A DNA stretch of 64,000 nucleotides from the IMG/VR virus record IMGVR_UViG_3300017763_000002, positions 124,001 to 188,000 of that record; one strand, given 5' to 3'. Of this stretch, positions 1 to 11,058 are shown one piece after another. Below the pieces are notes generated by a model. It saw only the letters and a program-made list of their open reading frames with translations. It did no database searches and was not told where the DNA came from. A program made the translations under genes and the position numbers. Each line of letters opens with the position of its first letter. The first letter of the stretch is position 1.

Positions 1-1967
1 CATACAAATCTACGCTTCCTATTGTATGGAGCAGGAGGAGTATACAAAAAAGATTTGTAACCTAAATGCGACTCTAAGAAATGTATTATTGCGTAAGCTT
101 CTTCAGCGCTTCTATTTTCAAATTTCAAAGTGAACTTCAATACATTAATATTAACTTTATTTCCGGGCAAGTATTGAGTATACGCAGAGTTATTACCAGA
201 TATTTCTATAATGTCAGGGTTATGCTGAACAGTAAATGTTGTAGATGGAAACCAGTGAAATTCTCTAGTCCATATATTTTGATTTATTGATGTAATTTTT
301 CCTGTAATAAAATGCGTGCTAATAGGCGGATCTCCTCTTGAAGTAGATTCTCCTACATGATAATAGTATCCATCATTCTCTTCTACATATACAACATCAT
401 TCTTTCTATATACTTTATCCTCGTCATATATATCAGGACGATTAACATACATATAATCATTTCTATTTAAAATGCTTGTGCTATTATTAAAAATACTTAA
501 ATTTATATTATGAACATCTTCTGTTTCTATTGTATGATCAAATTGAAAGCAATAAAATTTTCTTACTAAGTTTTCTGTATTAAGATATGGAAAAAATAAT
601 GTAGCACCATCAAGATAAAAACCTTCTATACCTTGATCATAGTCTAAAGTATATTGCCTACTTCCAGATTCTTCGTGTTGTCCTAATTTATTTTCTATAA
701 AATGAAGTATGGCATTAGCCTCTCTCGAGCTTCTGTTTGTAAAGTTTAAATCAAATGTTGCCTTTAAACTGTTTGGGCCTTTTGGTCGATGAGCTTTGTA
801 TCCGTCGCCGTATGCATTTTCTGTATTTTCTGAAGAGAATGTTACAGATGATCCGTAGTCTGGATCGAATATAAAATAATCTTTAGTCCAGTTTGCCTCG
901 AACGTATTATCTAAAAATGGATCTACATCTGGGTCTTCAACAACCTTAACTAATATTCTTAAACTTTCTGGAGTACTTATAACAGGCATTAGATCTTCCT
1001 TGGTTATTTGGTGATAGTACTCTCCGCTTGTAGAATAATGAGCAAGGACCATCACAGAATTAGTAAGCCTAGCAATAGAAAAAGTGCCCAAGATTACCTG
1101 ATTTGATCTCTGTATTTGTACGGTCTGTCCTACAGCGAAAGCGTTAACCAAAGGAGTTCCATCATTAGCATGAGTAAAGCCTGTTACGCTACGGTATATC
1201 AATGTTCCCACGTGATTTTCAACTAACGGAACATCTGGAGGATAACATTCACAATTAAAAGTCCTGTCTGTTTCGTCATTAAAATTACGAATATCTTTTT
1301 TGGCATAATAAAAACTATTACTTTCTCTGTGCCTAACTATATCAAATTTTTTATAATCATTAGCTTTACTCCAATATCCTTTATAGTTCTGAACAGAGGA
1401 TATATAATAGTTATCCGCCTCAAGTTCTCCTCCTTCTGGCGAGTCACTGATATTATCAAAATTTATTTGCTCTGTTGTTTCTGTGTTGTATAAGCCTACG
1501 CTGGTAGTTGCCCTGGTTGTGGCAGTAAATCTTTGGTTGTCAACTGAAGCTTGATCTATATTAGATTGCGAGGGGGTTAAACTTTTCTTTACCCAAAAAG
1601 CATTTTGAATTTCTAGGTTAGAACCATTAGGTCCAGTCCAATGAGTAGAGTGATACCATTGATAAGTAGTCCAATCCCCCGTCTCTGACATAAGCTGCGC
1701 AGTAATTTCAACAAGCTTGTGGCCTTCTGTTGGGTTCCAAGAGCTTGAGTCTATAACTTCTGGGGTCATGCCCCCGCTCAACACTGGCATTTGAAAGTTT
1801 TTCAGAGGGCAGCCGCTGTACCCCAAATTGTTTTTAACAGACGACACGTTTTTTGTGCATTCATAAAAACAAGTCAAATTATATCCTGCGTCATCATAAT
1901 ACGTGACGATGTCTCCAACATGATAGTTGCGCTGTGGGTTCCAAAAGCCTGTGTATTTATTACTCAT
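1..1967 (-). CDS. Minor/distal tail protein (lambda gpM-like motif), partial: runs off window start
   Basis: Not in ORF track because no stop in window. Hand translation from ATG 1967 (ATGA overlap with upstream stop): MSNKYTGFWNPQRNYHVGDIVTYY...; segments checked near 700-920 (AYGDGYKAHRPKGPNSLKATFDLNF, gpM-like) and 1-60 (YKSFLYTPPAPYNRKRRFV) are open in the same frame. Confidence 0.7.
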   Translation of the reverse strand, partial: MSNKYTGFWNPQRNYHVGDIVTYYDDAGYNLTCFYECTKNVSSVKNNLGYSGCPLKNFQMPVLSGGMTPEVIDSSSWNPTEGHKLVEITAQLMSETGDWTTYQWYHSTHWTGPNGSNLEIQNAFWVKKSLTPSQSNIDQASVDNQRFTATTRATTSVGLYNTETTEQINFDNISDSPEGGELEADNYYISSVQNYKGYWSKANDYKKFDIVRHRESNSFYYAKKDIRNFNDETDRTFNCECYPPDVPLVENHVGTLIYRSVTGFTHANDGTPLVNAFAVGQTVQIQRSNQVILGTFSIARLTNSVMVLAHYSTSGEYYHQITKEDLMPVISTPESLRILVKVVEDPDVDPFLDNTFEANWTKDYFIFDPDYGSSVTFSSENTENAYGDGYKAHRPKGPNSLKATFDLNFTNRSSREANAILHFIENKLGQHEESGSRQYTLDYDQGIEGFYLDGATLFFPYLNTENLVRKFYCFQFDHTIETEDVHNINLSIFNNSTSILNRNDYMYVNRPDIYDEDKVYRKNDVVYVEENDGYYYHVGESTSRGDPPISTHFITGKITSINQNIWTREFHWFPSTTFTVQHNPDIIEISGNNSAYTQYLPGNKVNINVLKFTLKFENRSAEEAYAIIHFLESHLGYKSFLYTPPAPYNRKRRFV

Positions 1968-2977
1968 CTTACAATTTGTGATACTGAAAACTCCCCGCTC
2001 AAATACCCTCCAGTTGAAACACTAAGACCCTGAGACATGACTTTGCCGTTGCACCCAAAAGAGGCGATATGCATTGACTCTCGTTCAGGGCCAATATACA
2101 TTGCTTGGTCTACAGCAGACATAGCTAGATATGTTGCCTCATCTATTTTTCTTTCAGGATCATTAACATTAGTATATACGTTTTCCTTTTTAGCGCCATA
2201 TAAATTAAGTTGCACAGCGATCTGTTCTGGAACTTCAGATGGATGCTGCATTTGTACAACTCCCTCGTGATTAATATAATTAATTATTTTATTTGATTTG
2301 ATATTACAATTAATTTCTATGTTACTTATTGCACTTCTGTACGGCAGAAGCCCAGTGCCAGAAAAACTTGACGCAGGCCCTTCGTTCATTCTAATACTGT
2401 AAGTTGTTCTTCTTGTAGCTTTAGCAGAATATTCTGCGCTTAACATTCTTAAATCAAATTTATTATTTTCGTCTTGTAGATCAATTCCTGTAGCGCTTAT
2501 TTCTCCATAACTCTTTAAACTCTCTGCAGGATTGACATCAGGAACTTCTGCTAACTTTTTATCTCCTATCTCATGTATAGTACCAAATATTTCATACTCA
2601 GCCTGAGCTCTGATTAATTGGAAGGGTTCCATGGTAAATGAAAAACTTGTAAGGTATGCGTTCCAGAACCTGTAGTTACCTATCCTACCCATAACTATAG
2701 AACTTTCTGTCATCGAGTTACTTATGTCAAATATTGTATGTATTGGATTAAAATGATCTTCGGAAATAATAAAATCGAAAGACAAACTTCCCTTGAGCGG
2801 CCCAGTAGGAACTAAAGTTGGATCGTTAACAGTAGCACCAACCTTATTTAAACTAAATCCATCAAACCGCACATCTCTTTTAAGTGACGGCGCCATTCTT
2901 AAGTTCGCAGCGGTTGCGTATATTTGCTGGTCGCCTAGCTCAATAAGGCATCTGTTAAAACTAGTAAACTCGCTCAT
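1964..2977 (-). CDS. Virion structural protein, tail-tube-like paralogue
   Basis: 337 aa ORF in operon with TMP; beta-strand pattern (PTGPLKGSLSFDFII) resembles 15331-16986. Confidence 0.5.
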   Translation of the reverse strand: MSEFTSFNRCLIELGDQQIYATAANLRMAPSLKRDVRFDGFSLNKVGATVNDPTLVPTGPLKGSLSFDFIISEDHFNPIHTIFDISNSMTESSIVMGRIGNYRFWNAYLTSFSFTMEPFQLIRAQAEYEIFGTIHEIGDKKLAEVPDVNPAESLKSYGEISATGIDLQDENNKFDLRMLSAEYSAKATRRTTYSIRMNEGPASSFSGTGLLPYRSAISNIEINCNIKSNKIINYINHEGVVQMQHPSEVPEQIAVQLNLYGAKKENVYTNVNDPERKIDEATYLAMSAVDQAMYIGPERESMHIASFGCNGKVMSQGLSVSTGGYLSGEFSVSQIVR

Positions 2978-3990
2978 AAACCACCAAACTTTCTTTCTTC
3001 CGACTCTGCCTGCTCTTCTTGAGTAATAAAATCGCCTTGTAGATCTGTACCATAGCTGGGAGTAGGGGTCTCGTTCTGGTAAACATCGGGGGTTCTTGGG
3101 TCGGTCTCAAAACCTACAAAGCTTAAACTGACGGTTGTTTCAGAATCTGTTTCTGAATTCTGATTTACAGATGAAATTTTAGCACGAGTAATATTATATT
3201 GATTTACAATCGTTCTGTTTTGCACAGGCTCGCCCATAGTCTCTGGGTCATATATAATTATATCTAAATTTTCTACAGCAGTTTCTATAGTATCATAATC
3301 CATCAACTCTCTCATCTGTAATATATTATAATTTTCTTGTGAGATAGTAAAATCTAATTTTGTCTCTACAGGATATATAATTTGAATGTCGTGCGCTTCA
3401 TAATCTTTTAATGTATTAACGTGTTCTTTATTTAATGCATATAACGCTTCAATGTTTAAAGTTCTATCGATAGCAAATCCAAGAATATCATAATCATTAC
3501 CACCAATTTGAACTACAATACTACCTTGTGTTGGAATTGTATAATTTCTATCTTCTTTTTCTACTTTAATTCCTTCGTATGAAGAGTTGTATCCTGGATA
3601 GCTTCCAGTAATCGCAGGAATTCCTCCGCCAAAGTTTCCGTAGACACGAATAGTATTATCGATTGTAGGAATGTCTCCAATATTACAAGCTACTCTTCTG
3701 GAAACAACCCTGCCCTTCGTAAATCCTGCTTCAAGAACTCCTTCTCCTAATACAAACCCTCCAGTAAGATCTTGATTGTCTCGCATGTTTGCGAGAATGT
3801 CAGGGCCAAGCATGTATCTTGTTATAGAAAGATCTCCTTCTACTGGCCCATTAATAAAACTATCTATGTATCCAATGCCAGCGAGGTATAATGGTTCTAC
3901 GCTAGATCCATAATTTAAAGATACAGAAGATACCCCACTAATAATTTGATCATTGATTACAAATTCTTGTTCATAACTTGAAAAACTCAT
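2974..3990 (-). CDS. Virion structural protein, tail-tube-like paralogue
   Basis: 338 aa; ISGVSSVSLNYGSSVEPLYLAG and IIYPVETKLDFTI align by eye with RVQSANYSFTINRQDVNQFG and LDFPITVNVSVSAI of 15331-16986. Confidence 0.55.
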   Translation of the reverse strand: MSFSSYEQEFVINDQIISGVSSVSLNYGSSVEPLYLAGIGYIDSFINGPVEGDLSITRYMLGPDILANMRDNQDLTGGFVLGEGVLEAGFTKGRVVSRRVACNIGDIPTIDNTIRVYGNFGGGIPAITGSYPGYNSSYEGIKVEKEDRNYTIPTQGSIVVQIGGNDYDILGFAIDRTLNIEALYALNKEHVNTLKDYEAHDIQIIYPVETKLDFTISQENYNILQMRELMDYDTIETAVENLDIIIYDPETMGEPVQNRTIVNQYNITRAKISSVNQNSETDSETTVSLSFVGFETDPRTPDVYQNETPTPSYGTDLQGDFITQEEQAESEERKFGGL

Positions 3991-6900
3991 TGATTTCCTC
4001 CCTTATCAAGCAGCCCTCCTGGTCTGCTTTCTTCCTTAATTACTGTTACCACTTGATCCTTAATCCTTGCAGACATTTTGTCCATTTTATCTTTTTTATC
4101 GTTAGAGCCTTCTTTTTCTTTGCTTTCACTAGTGCCACCGCTATCGCTTACGTTTACAGTTATAGATATGTTGTTACTCATGCTGCCGCCTGAGTCTTGT
4201 CCAGATGTTCCAGCAGAATTGCTAGCTACAATGCCTCCTGTATTGTATCTTCCAGAGTTTATTTGTTCTAGTGCTGGTCTTCCAATTTTTCTTGCGGCGT
4301 CAGCTCGTATAACATATTCTCCTTCGCTTAGCATGGCGGGTATTCTGTCGATTCCTGACTCGCCAGATACTGCACCACCAGAGTTCTTATTTTTTCTGGT
4401 ATATTTACTAGTCATCTCACTTATTCTATCTCCTAATGCAGTTATTCTTGGCTGTTTCGCTCCAGCGAGTGGCTTGTAATCTTTTGTTGTTCCATAATTT
4501 ATGCCATTGCTTTCTAACATTGATTTACTAAACCAGTCTTGATTATTACCAGTTCCCTTACCTACTAACGATCCGTGCATTTGACTTGCATCATCTAATT
4601 GCAAATTACCCAGTGGGCTCATGTATCCGCTGCCCGCTGGCCCATCTACCATTTTACCGAGCCCCATAGCTTTATCTCCACGATCAAATAATCCTCCAGC
4701 TTTACTAAATTTATTATGTAATTTTCCGGCAGCAAAATTGCCTACAAAACTTACTACTTGCCTGCCAAGTTGAGCTCGCTTTTCCATCTTTTGAATCCAA
4801 GCTTGTTCGTGTGCTTTCTTTTGAGCTCTAAGATCTTCAACGTATGCACCTACTCGATCGTTATTTTGCATATAATGAGCAGACATATTATGTTTTTTAA
4901 ATGCTCCGTCTGTTTCGAATTGATCTTTTTGTCTGGCGACGTGTTGTTTTTCTTCTTTCTTGCCGAACAATTTGCTTGCAGCCATTGACCCCAAAAATCC
5001 TGCTGTAGCTTGCCCAAAACTCATGCCTCCTCCTTCATTTCTGCGAGGCAAATGCCCTGCATTTACAGCGTCCATCATGCTTACTCCGTATTTGCTAACG
5101 GCTTTGGGGTTCATTCTGTATTCTCCGTTGGTTACTAGGCCAGGAACAAGCCCACCTTTATTTCTTCTAACTAAACCACCTCTATATTTTATTTGTGATG
5201 TATTAATTCCTGTGCCAAATATTGATTGAGTTAAATTTCTTGCCATTTGTTGCGCAAACATTTGGTTGATAGTACTAAGAAAGTTTATGGCTGCGTCTTG
5301 AAGAGTGTCTCCAAGATCTTTTCCTTGGCGAATAGAATTTGTCATTGCGTTACTCATTGAGTTTGCGAATGCGTTTGGTATAGCTTCACCGAGATTATAT
5401 TTAAATTCTCTGGATTCTTCGGTCATTTTAGCCATAGCATTATTAAGTCCATTACTAAATGCGCCTGCACCTTGGCGCATAGCTAATCTATCTTGAAGAA
5501 TTTGTTGTGTTTTTTGTATTTCTTCATCAAGAAAACTTAAATTTTCTGTGTGGGCTGCAGCTTGAGCGCTTCGCTCGTCCTCTCGAAGCTTGATTAGTTC
5601 GCCTAATCGATTTATTTCTTTTGTCATTCCTTGAGCTTCAGGAGAATCAGACTCCACACCCCTACGTTCGCTCATTAAAATTCTTCTTTTATCTTGCAAC
5701 TCTCCTTGATCAATACCAAATTGTCGCGCAGCAAAACCTTCTTGCTGAATCATACTATTTCTTCTGATCGCTCCAGAAGCTGCGATATCAGAGACTTCAT
5801 TAGATGTCTGAGTGCCAAGACTAATAAATCCTGGGCCTTGAGATGCTTGTCTACGTAACTTGGCTATCTCCAAACCCTTTTGTGCTTGTTGATTTTGTAT
5901 ATCAAAAAGTTTATTGTCTGAAGCAAGTCTTTCTGATAATTTTTTTCTTTCGTCTTCTTGGAATGCTAACGACGATTTTATTTTTTCCATTATGTCTAGC
6001 TGTTCAGTGGCCTCTGTATGCTCCAACCCAGCTAGCTCTAAAGAGTTCTCTCTAGCTTGTAGTATTTTCTCCATTGTGCTTCGCAACCCTTCGTTATTTG
6101 CAAATAGATCTGTTTGGTTATCTTTAGGATTGAGCATGCTTTCTAATTTTGCATTGTCAAGTCCAGCTATAGCATCCTCTACGCTTTTTTTATTTGCGGT
6201 GTCTGCGAATTTAGCAAAAGTTTTTTTACCAAGTACGTTCTCAAGTCCAGACTCCCTTGCTATTCCTTCTTTAAATTTAATGTTTCCATCTTTATCTCTA
6301 TCCGCTCCAAATACAGTTCTAAAAGATGATGAAGCAACGGTGTCTCCAGAAATCGCTTTAAATATACTAGACTTAAAATTTGCATTAGCTGTCGCGCTTG
6401 CTTTATCTCTCACGCTATCTATCTGCATGCTATCTTCTGCGGTTTGCATTCTCTGTCTGCCTGCTGCTGTTAAGTTTTGACCCATAATAGCAGTTAATGC
6501 TTTATTTTTATTGCTTAACTCTCTTGAAGAATGCGCTTGTTCTTGTAAAGTTTTGTTTAGTTGATGACGAATTTGCAACTCTACTTTTTGAAAGTTTAAA
6601 GTTTTAATATAATTTTCAGTTTGCTCTTTTGAAACTTGTAATTGTTGTAAAATTGCTTTTTTATTTTCTTCTTTAAAATTTTTAACATCCTCGTCGCTTA
6701 GTCCTAAATTTTGAGCTGTTTTAGATTTAGCTCCTAGATTGTGTAAATCTGCTATTTCACTTCCGGTAAGTTTCTTCTTTAAAGTCTCTGCATTTTTCCC
6801 CGAGCCTTTCTGTATGTTCACATCATGAACCTTAGAAGCTTCGCCTCCAGTGGTAAAAAGACTACTAATTAATCTGTCTTGATTTTGCTGAGCGTATCCG

Positions 6901-9900
6901 CTTAAATCTACATTTTGACTCTTTTTTAATCCTTTAAGAAAATCGGGTAGCGAATGATTCATAGCGAAAGCTCTTCTATTTTTTCTGGTTTCTTCATTTG
7001 GACTCATATCAAAAGCTCCCTTGCTTCTTACTTCTAAGTCGCGCAGACTTTCGTCGATTCCTTGCCCTTTATATTTTTTCTTAAGGTCGCTCATGCTTTT
7101 GGCGGTAGGGTTTTGAGCATGTTGTGTTGCGTCTGCAAAAAATTGTGATTTCACACCATCCATTCCATATGCTTTTGACAGTCGTTCATTAAAATCTTCA
7201 TCTCCTTTTCCAGCAGCAGTCATATCTAACTTTTCAATAGAATCCGCAAGACTCATTCCTTTAAAAATCTTCTTATCTCTTGCTGATGCCTCCGCAAGAT
7301 CAGAAATACCCATTGAATCTGCAGAAAATACGTTTCCGCTGGGCCCTGTTGCCAAACCAGTGGCTACGTTTATATTAGTTTTACTATTATACTTAGAAAG
7401 CATCTCAGATGTACCTCCTGCGGCATTACTCAAATTTAATAAATTAGTATTATTTGCAGCAGCTTTTCCTAGTGTTTGAGCGAATGAATTTCTATTAAAC
7501 GCTTCTGTATTTTTTCTTGCAGCTTCAGCAGCTTCTTTGACTGCTTTAGTTTCTTCTGCTTTAGCTTTATTAGCCGCGTTTATTCCTGATGTCATACCAG
7601 CAAGGCCCCCGACTAGCCCACCTATCGCAATTCCCGCTGGGCCTAGAAATGAACCCATCATTGCTCCTGTAGAAGCTCCTGTCAGAAATCCCGCTGCGCC
7701 GTGGGCTCCTTTATTAGTTGCATCTGCATTTTCAGTTATCTGCCCAGCGATCATACTTGCCGCGAACATAGCCCCCATGCCAGCTGCTGCGGATCTTCCA
7801 GATCTAACCTCACTATTTTTTGCGTTTTTTTGATCTTTAGCAGATTGATCAATTGCGCCCGACAACTTTCTTCTTGATGAATCTAATCTTTGTTGAGCGC
7901 TTTTGCTTTTGTTTTGAGAATCTTTAAGTCTTTTAGTGCTTTCATTTAGCTGTTGTTGAGTTATGTTTCCTTTTTGATGTTCTTTGTAGGCTTTCTTGCA
8001 TTCTTTTTTTAGTTGTTTTTGTTCTTTAGAATACTCTTTCAATTCTTTAGGTAAAGTTTTTAAGTTGGATTGTATTTTTCCTAATTCACCGGCAGATTTA
8101 CTAGCTTTTTCTTCGAGAGCAGCAAGCCCTTCACCTGTGTAGCTTTTTAGATATGCCAAGGCGCTGCCTCCCATAGAATAATTAGGAACAAAACCTTTAC
8201 CTTTAAATACATCAGACAATCCATTAGGCTCATCTTTTGTATTAGTAACTCCTATGCCCATAGGGTTGCCTTGATTTTGCAAACGCTTGTGAGATCCAAC
8301 TCTAATTTGAGACACAGGAACTCCAGCCCCTTTCTCTCTTTCTATTGCGTCGGTTAATGCATTAGAAGCAAAGTTTGGAATGTGTCCAAAAGCTTTATTT
8401 TTCTTTAAGAATTGTTCTTGCTTAGCTATTTTTCCATAGAAAGATTTTCGATTACCTACGGTACTAGAGTTGTTTTTGTAATCGCCCAATCGAAAAGCTC
8501 CCAGTCCTGCGCCACTCATATTAAATATTTTAGATAGTTTATTCTTATCTGCTCCTCGGACATCAAAGTCAGCTTGTCCATCAGGAACCTTACCTGCGTA
8601 ACTCATGGCTGCGTTAACAGCTGTTTCAAATACAGCACCAACTGCAGAATTATATGCCCCCATATTTCCTCCAGCTTTATCAGACTTGTATTTGCTCCAA
8701 AATTGCCCTTGACTTACTTTTCCGTCTGGATTTTCAATCATACTGTAAATTTTACTTGCATATTTAGAACCTGCATCTTTAAAAGATCTCTCTAGCATTT
8801 GACTTAAATTAGGATCTTTAAGCCCAAGTTTTGGTTTGAGTCCATATACAGGCCATGATACTTGCGGCCCTTTATTATCTTTGTAAAAAGATACTGGGCT
8901 CTTGTACCCTTCAGGAGGAACAAACATAGCGTATTTTTTATTCATTTGCTGCTTGGCTAAATAGCTTTTAAGAACGTTTGACGCTCCGACTTTATTAAGT
9001 TCGTTGCCGCTCATTATCTTAGAAGATTGGTTTTTTTCGAAGCGCATTAGATCTTTTTGATTGACCCCCTTCAAAGATTTGGCATTATCTTTAATCCACC
9101 TATTCGTAAATACAGAAAAATTAGGCACAAATCCATTCGCTGCATAAGGATCAAATCCATGTGTTGCTCCAAAAACTTTTTTGTAATTCTCTCCAGCTTT
9201 ACTTGACACAGGCGGCATAATTGCTGGTTGAGACAACCCAGGAAAATTCTTTACAGTTTCAGAGCTATTGTATATTACCCCTCCTTCGCCAGGTATGTTC
9301 ATGGATTTTAGGTGACCAGGAGCATAACCTCCTTCTCGCGCCATTTGTTTTTCATCTCCTCCTTCCGCAAAATTCGGAACAAATCCATACGCTCTTCTTC
9401 CGGGTCTTGAATATGATAAATTACCCCCAACTCCACTACGCATTAATCCTGGAGCCATTGATCTAGTTATACTTGAAAGCTTGGCAGCCTCGACAGTTTG
9501 CTGCTTGATAAGGTTTAGAATCATTCTTTCTTTATCTGCTCTAGACATATCGGTTCTTAACATTTGTTCTTGTATCGCTGCGTTTTGAGTAAGAACTTGC
9601 ATCAAGCTTTGTTCTACAGATTTTCTGGCAGCGGCCGCCTTGTTCATATTAAGCAGACTACCTAAACTACTTGTTGCGTACTTAGCTGCGTTAACAAATA
9701 ATTTTGTAAATAATGCTCCAAAAATTACAAGACCTGGGCCAGTTATAATATTTCCAATTCCCTTCAAAAGCCCTTTAGCGAAAGTGTTTCCTTGAGACTC
9801 TCCGTCTCCTAATAAACTTGTAGCTCCGTCGGCTAGTCCTTTGATTCCGTCTAAAACTTTATTAATTCCAGGAGCAAGAGCAATATCCCCGATTGTCTTC

Positions 9901-11018
9901 GCTAGTTGTTGCACTGCAACACCTGTTTCTCCAGCCAGAGCGGACATCGTTTGTCTCAGCTGTTCATTCTTTTTACTAGATTCATCAGTAGCGCTTGCGG
10001 CTATTTGAGTAGCCTGAGCTGTTACGCTGTTAGCTTTACCTAAATCTGCTAAAGCCGCTTTAAGAATGTTAACCTGAAATACGCCCGCAACATTTTGAGA
10101 AATATAAGCTCTTTGTGCATCATTAAGGTGATCATATTTTTTAGCTAGACTTTCAAGTATTTTAATAGCAGGCATTGTATTACCTTGTAAATCTCTCACA
10201 GCAATACCAATATTTTCAAGCTCATTAAGAGTAGAACTTCTTTGCACTCTTGTGAAAATAGTTTTAAAACTATTACCAATCACAGCACCACCACGAGCAG
10301 TACGCTCTTGTGCTGCGGTCACAAGGCCTATAAGTTGATTAATATCAACCCCTGCGTCTCTTGCGGCTTGACCAGATCTAGCAATAGCTTGAGCAAAATC
10401 TTCAGCACTAACAGCGAATTTAACATCTACAGCAGCGAATTTACTAACCAATGCTGTCGAGTCAGATATCTCACCTTTAAATGTATTCATTGCAGCTGTC
10501 AAAGACTTAACAGAATCCGCAGCCTTCATACCTGTCAGCCTAGTTAGAATCAAGGCGTCTTTTGTTCTCTTGAGTGTCTCATTAACACTTAAACCTTGTC
10601 GCGCAAATTCGGTCGCAGCTTCACTAGCAGCATCAAACCCTGCGCCAGTTTCTTTTGCTACTTTAAATAATCCTCCTCCAAATTTATCTAATTGTTTGTT
10701 CGTTAGACCCATAACAACATTTATGTCGGTAAGATTTTTTTCTACCTTCATGGTGCTCGTAACTAGCCCCTTGAAAGCTTCTGATACCGCATTAATTATT
10801 CCCACAGAAGCGCCAAATGCAAGAACACGAGCGTTAGAAGCTTCTAATGATTTTGTAAATTCATCAGCGCTACGGCGCATATTTCCAAGAGGTTGAGTAA
10901 CTCCCTTTTCATCTATGCGTATTTTAATTCCGCCTGTGCGATTTATTCGCTTAACAGCGGCCTGAACATCTCTTTCAAGAGGTGTTGTGTTACCTTGTAC
11001 GTCGATGTTTATACTCAT
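3987..11018 (-). CDS. Tail tape measure protein
   Basis: 2343 aa, Ala/Gly/Lys-rich helical; N-terminal TP901-type core (AATEFARQG...LTAAMNTF...LVSKFAAVD); C-terminal PAMLSEGEYVIRADA motif. Confidence 0.9.
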   Translation of the reverse strand: MSINIDVQGNTTPLERDVQAAVKRINRTGGIKIRIDEKGVTQPLGNMRRSADEFTKSLEASNARVLAFGASVGIINAVSEAFKGLVTSTMKVEKNLTDINVVMGLTNKQLDKFGGGLFKVAKETGAGFDAASEAATEFARQGLSVNETLKRTKDALILTRLTGMKAADSVKSLTAAMNTFKGEISDSTALVSKFAAVDVKFAVSAEDFAQAIARSGQAARDAGVDINQLIGLVTAAQERTARGGAVIGNSFKTIFTRVQRSSTLNELENIGIAVRDLQGNTMPAIKILESLAKKYDHLNDAQRAYISQNVAGVFQVNILKAALADLGKANSVTAQATQIAASATDESSKKNEQLRQTMSALAGETGVAVQQLAKTIGDIALAPGINKVLDGIKGLADGATSLLGDGESQGNTFAKGLLKGIGNIITGPGLVIFGALFTKLFVNAAKYATSSLGSLLNMNKAAAARKSVEQSLMQVLTQNAAIQEQMLRTDMSRADKERMILNLIKQQTVEAAKLSSITRSMAPGLMRSGVGGNLSYSRPGRRAYGFVPNFAEGGDEKQMAREGGYAPGHLKSMNIPGEGGVIYNSSETVKNFPGLSQPAIMPPVSSKAGENYKKVFGATHGFDPYAANGFVPNFSVFTNRWIKDNAKSLKGVNQKDLMRFEKNQSSKIMSGNELNKVGASNVLKSYLAKQQMNKKYAMFVPPEGYKSPVSFYKDNKGPQVSWPVYGLKPKLGLKDPNLSQMLERSFKDAGSKYASKIYSMIENPDGKVSQGQFWSKYKSDKAGGNMGAYNSAVGAVFETAVNAAMSYAGKVPDGQADFDVRGADKNKLSKIFNMSGAGLGAFRLGDYKNNSSTVGNRKSFYGKIAKQEQFLKKNKAFGHIPNFASNALTDAIEREKGAGVPVSQIRVGSHKRLQNQGNPMGIGVTNTKDEPNGLSDVFKGKGFVPNYSMGGSALAYLKSYTGEGLAALEEKASKSAGELGKIQSNLKTLPKELKEYSKEQKQLKKECKKAYKEHQKGNITQQQLNESTKRLKDSQNKSKSAQQRLDSSRRKLSGAIDQSAKDQKNAKNSEVRSGRSAAAGMGAMFAASMIAGQITENADATNKGAHGAAGFLTGASTGAMMGSFLGPAGIAIGGLVGGLAGMTSGINAANKAKAEETKAVKEAAEAARKNTEAFNRNSFAQTLGKAAANNTNLLNLSNAAGGTSEMLSKYNSKTNINVATGLATGPSGNVFSADSMGISDLAEASARDKKIFKGMSLADSIEKLDMTAAGKGDEDFNERLSKAYGMDGVKSQFFADATQHAQNPTAKSMSDLKKKYKGQGIDESLRDLEVRSKGAFDMSPNEETRKNRRAFAMNHSLPDFLKGLKKSQNVDLSGYAQQNQDRLISSLFTTGGEASKVHDVNIQKGSGKNAETLKKKLTGSEIADLHNLGAKSKTAQNLGLSDEDVKNFKEENKKAILQQLQVSKEQTENYIKTLNFQKVELQIRHQLNKTLQEQAHSSRELSNKNKALTAIMGQNLTAAGRQRMQTAEDSMQIDSVRDKASATANANFKSSIFKAISGDTVASSSFRTVFGADRDKDGNIKFKEGIARESGLENVLGKKTFAKFADTANKKSVEDAIAGLDNAKLESMLNPKDNQTDLFANNEGLRSTMEKILQARENSLELAGLEHTEATEQLDIMEKIKSSLAFQEDERKKLSERLASDNKLFDIQNQQAQKGLEIAKLRRQASQGPGFISLGTQTSNEVSDIAASGAIRRNSMIQQEGFAARQFGIDQGELQDKRRILMSERRGVESDSPEAQGMTKEINRLGELIKLREDERSAQAAAHTENLSFLDEEIQKTQQILQDRLAMRQGAGAFSNGLNNAMAKMTEESREFKYNLGEAIPNAFANSMSNAMTNSIRQGKDLGDTLQDAAINFLSTINQMFAQQMARNLTQSIFGTGINTSQIKYRGGLVRRNKGGLVPGLVTNGEYRMNPKAVSKYGVSMMDAVNAGHLPRRNEGGGMSFGQATAGFLGSMAASKLFGKKEEKQHVARQKDQFETDGAFKKHNMSAHYMQNNDRVGAYVEDLRAQKKAHEQAWIQKMEKRAQLGRQVVSFVGNFAAGKLHNKFSKAGGLFDRGDKAMGLGKMVDGPAGSGYMSPLGNLQLDDASQMHGSLVGKGTGNNQDWFSKSMLESNGINYGTTKDYKPLAGAKQPRITALGDRISEMTSKYTRKNKNSGGAVSGESGIDRIPAMLSEGEYVIRADAARKIGRPALEQINSGRYNTGGIVASNSAGTSGQDSGGSMSNNISITVNVSDSGGTSESKEKEGSNDKKDKMDKMSARIKDQVVTVIKEESRPGGLLDKGGNQ

Positions 11019-11058
11019 GCCTTGTTCCTTGACAAGGTATTACACGTATTTTATATAC

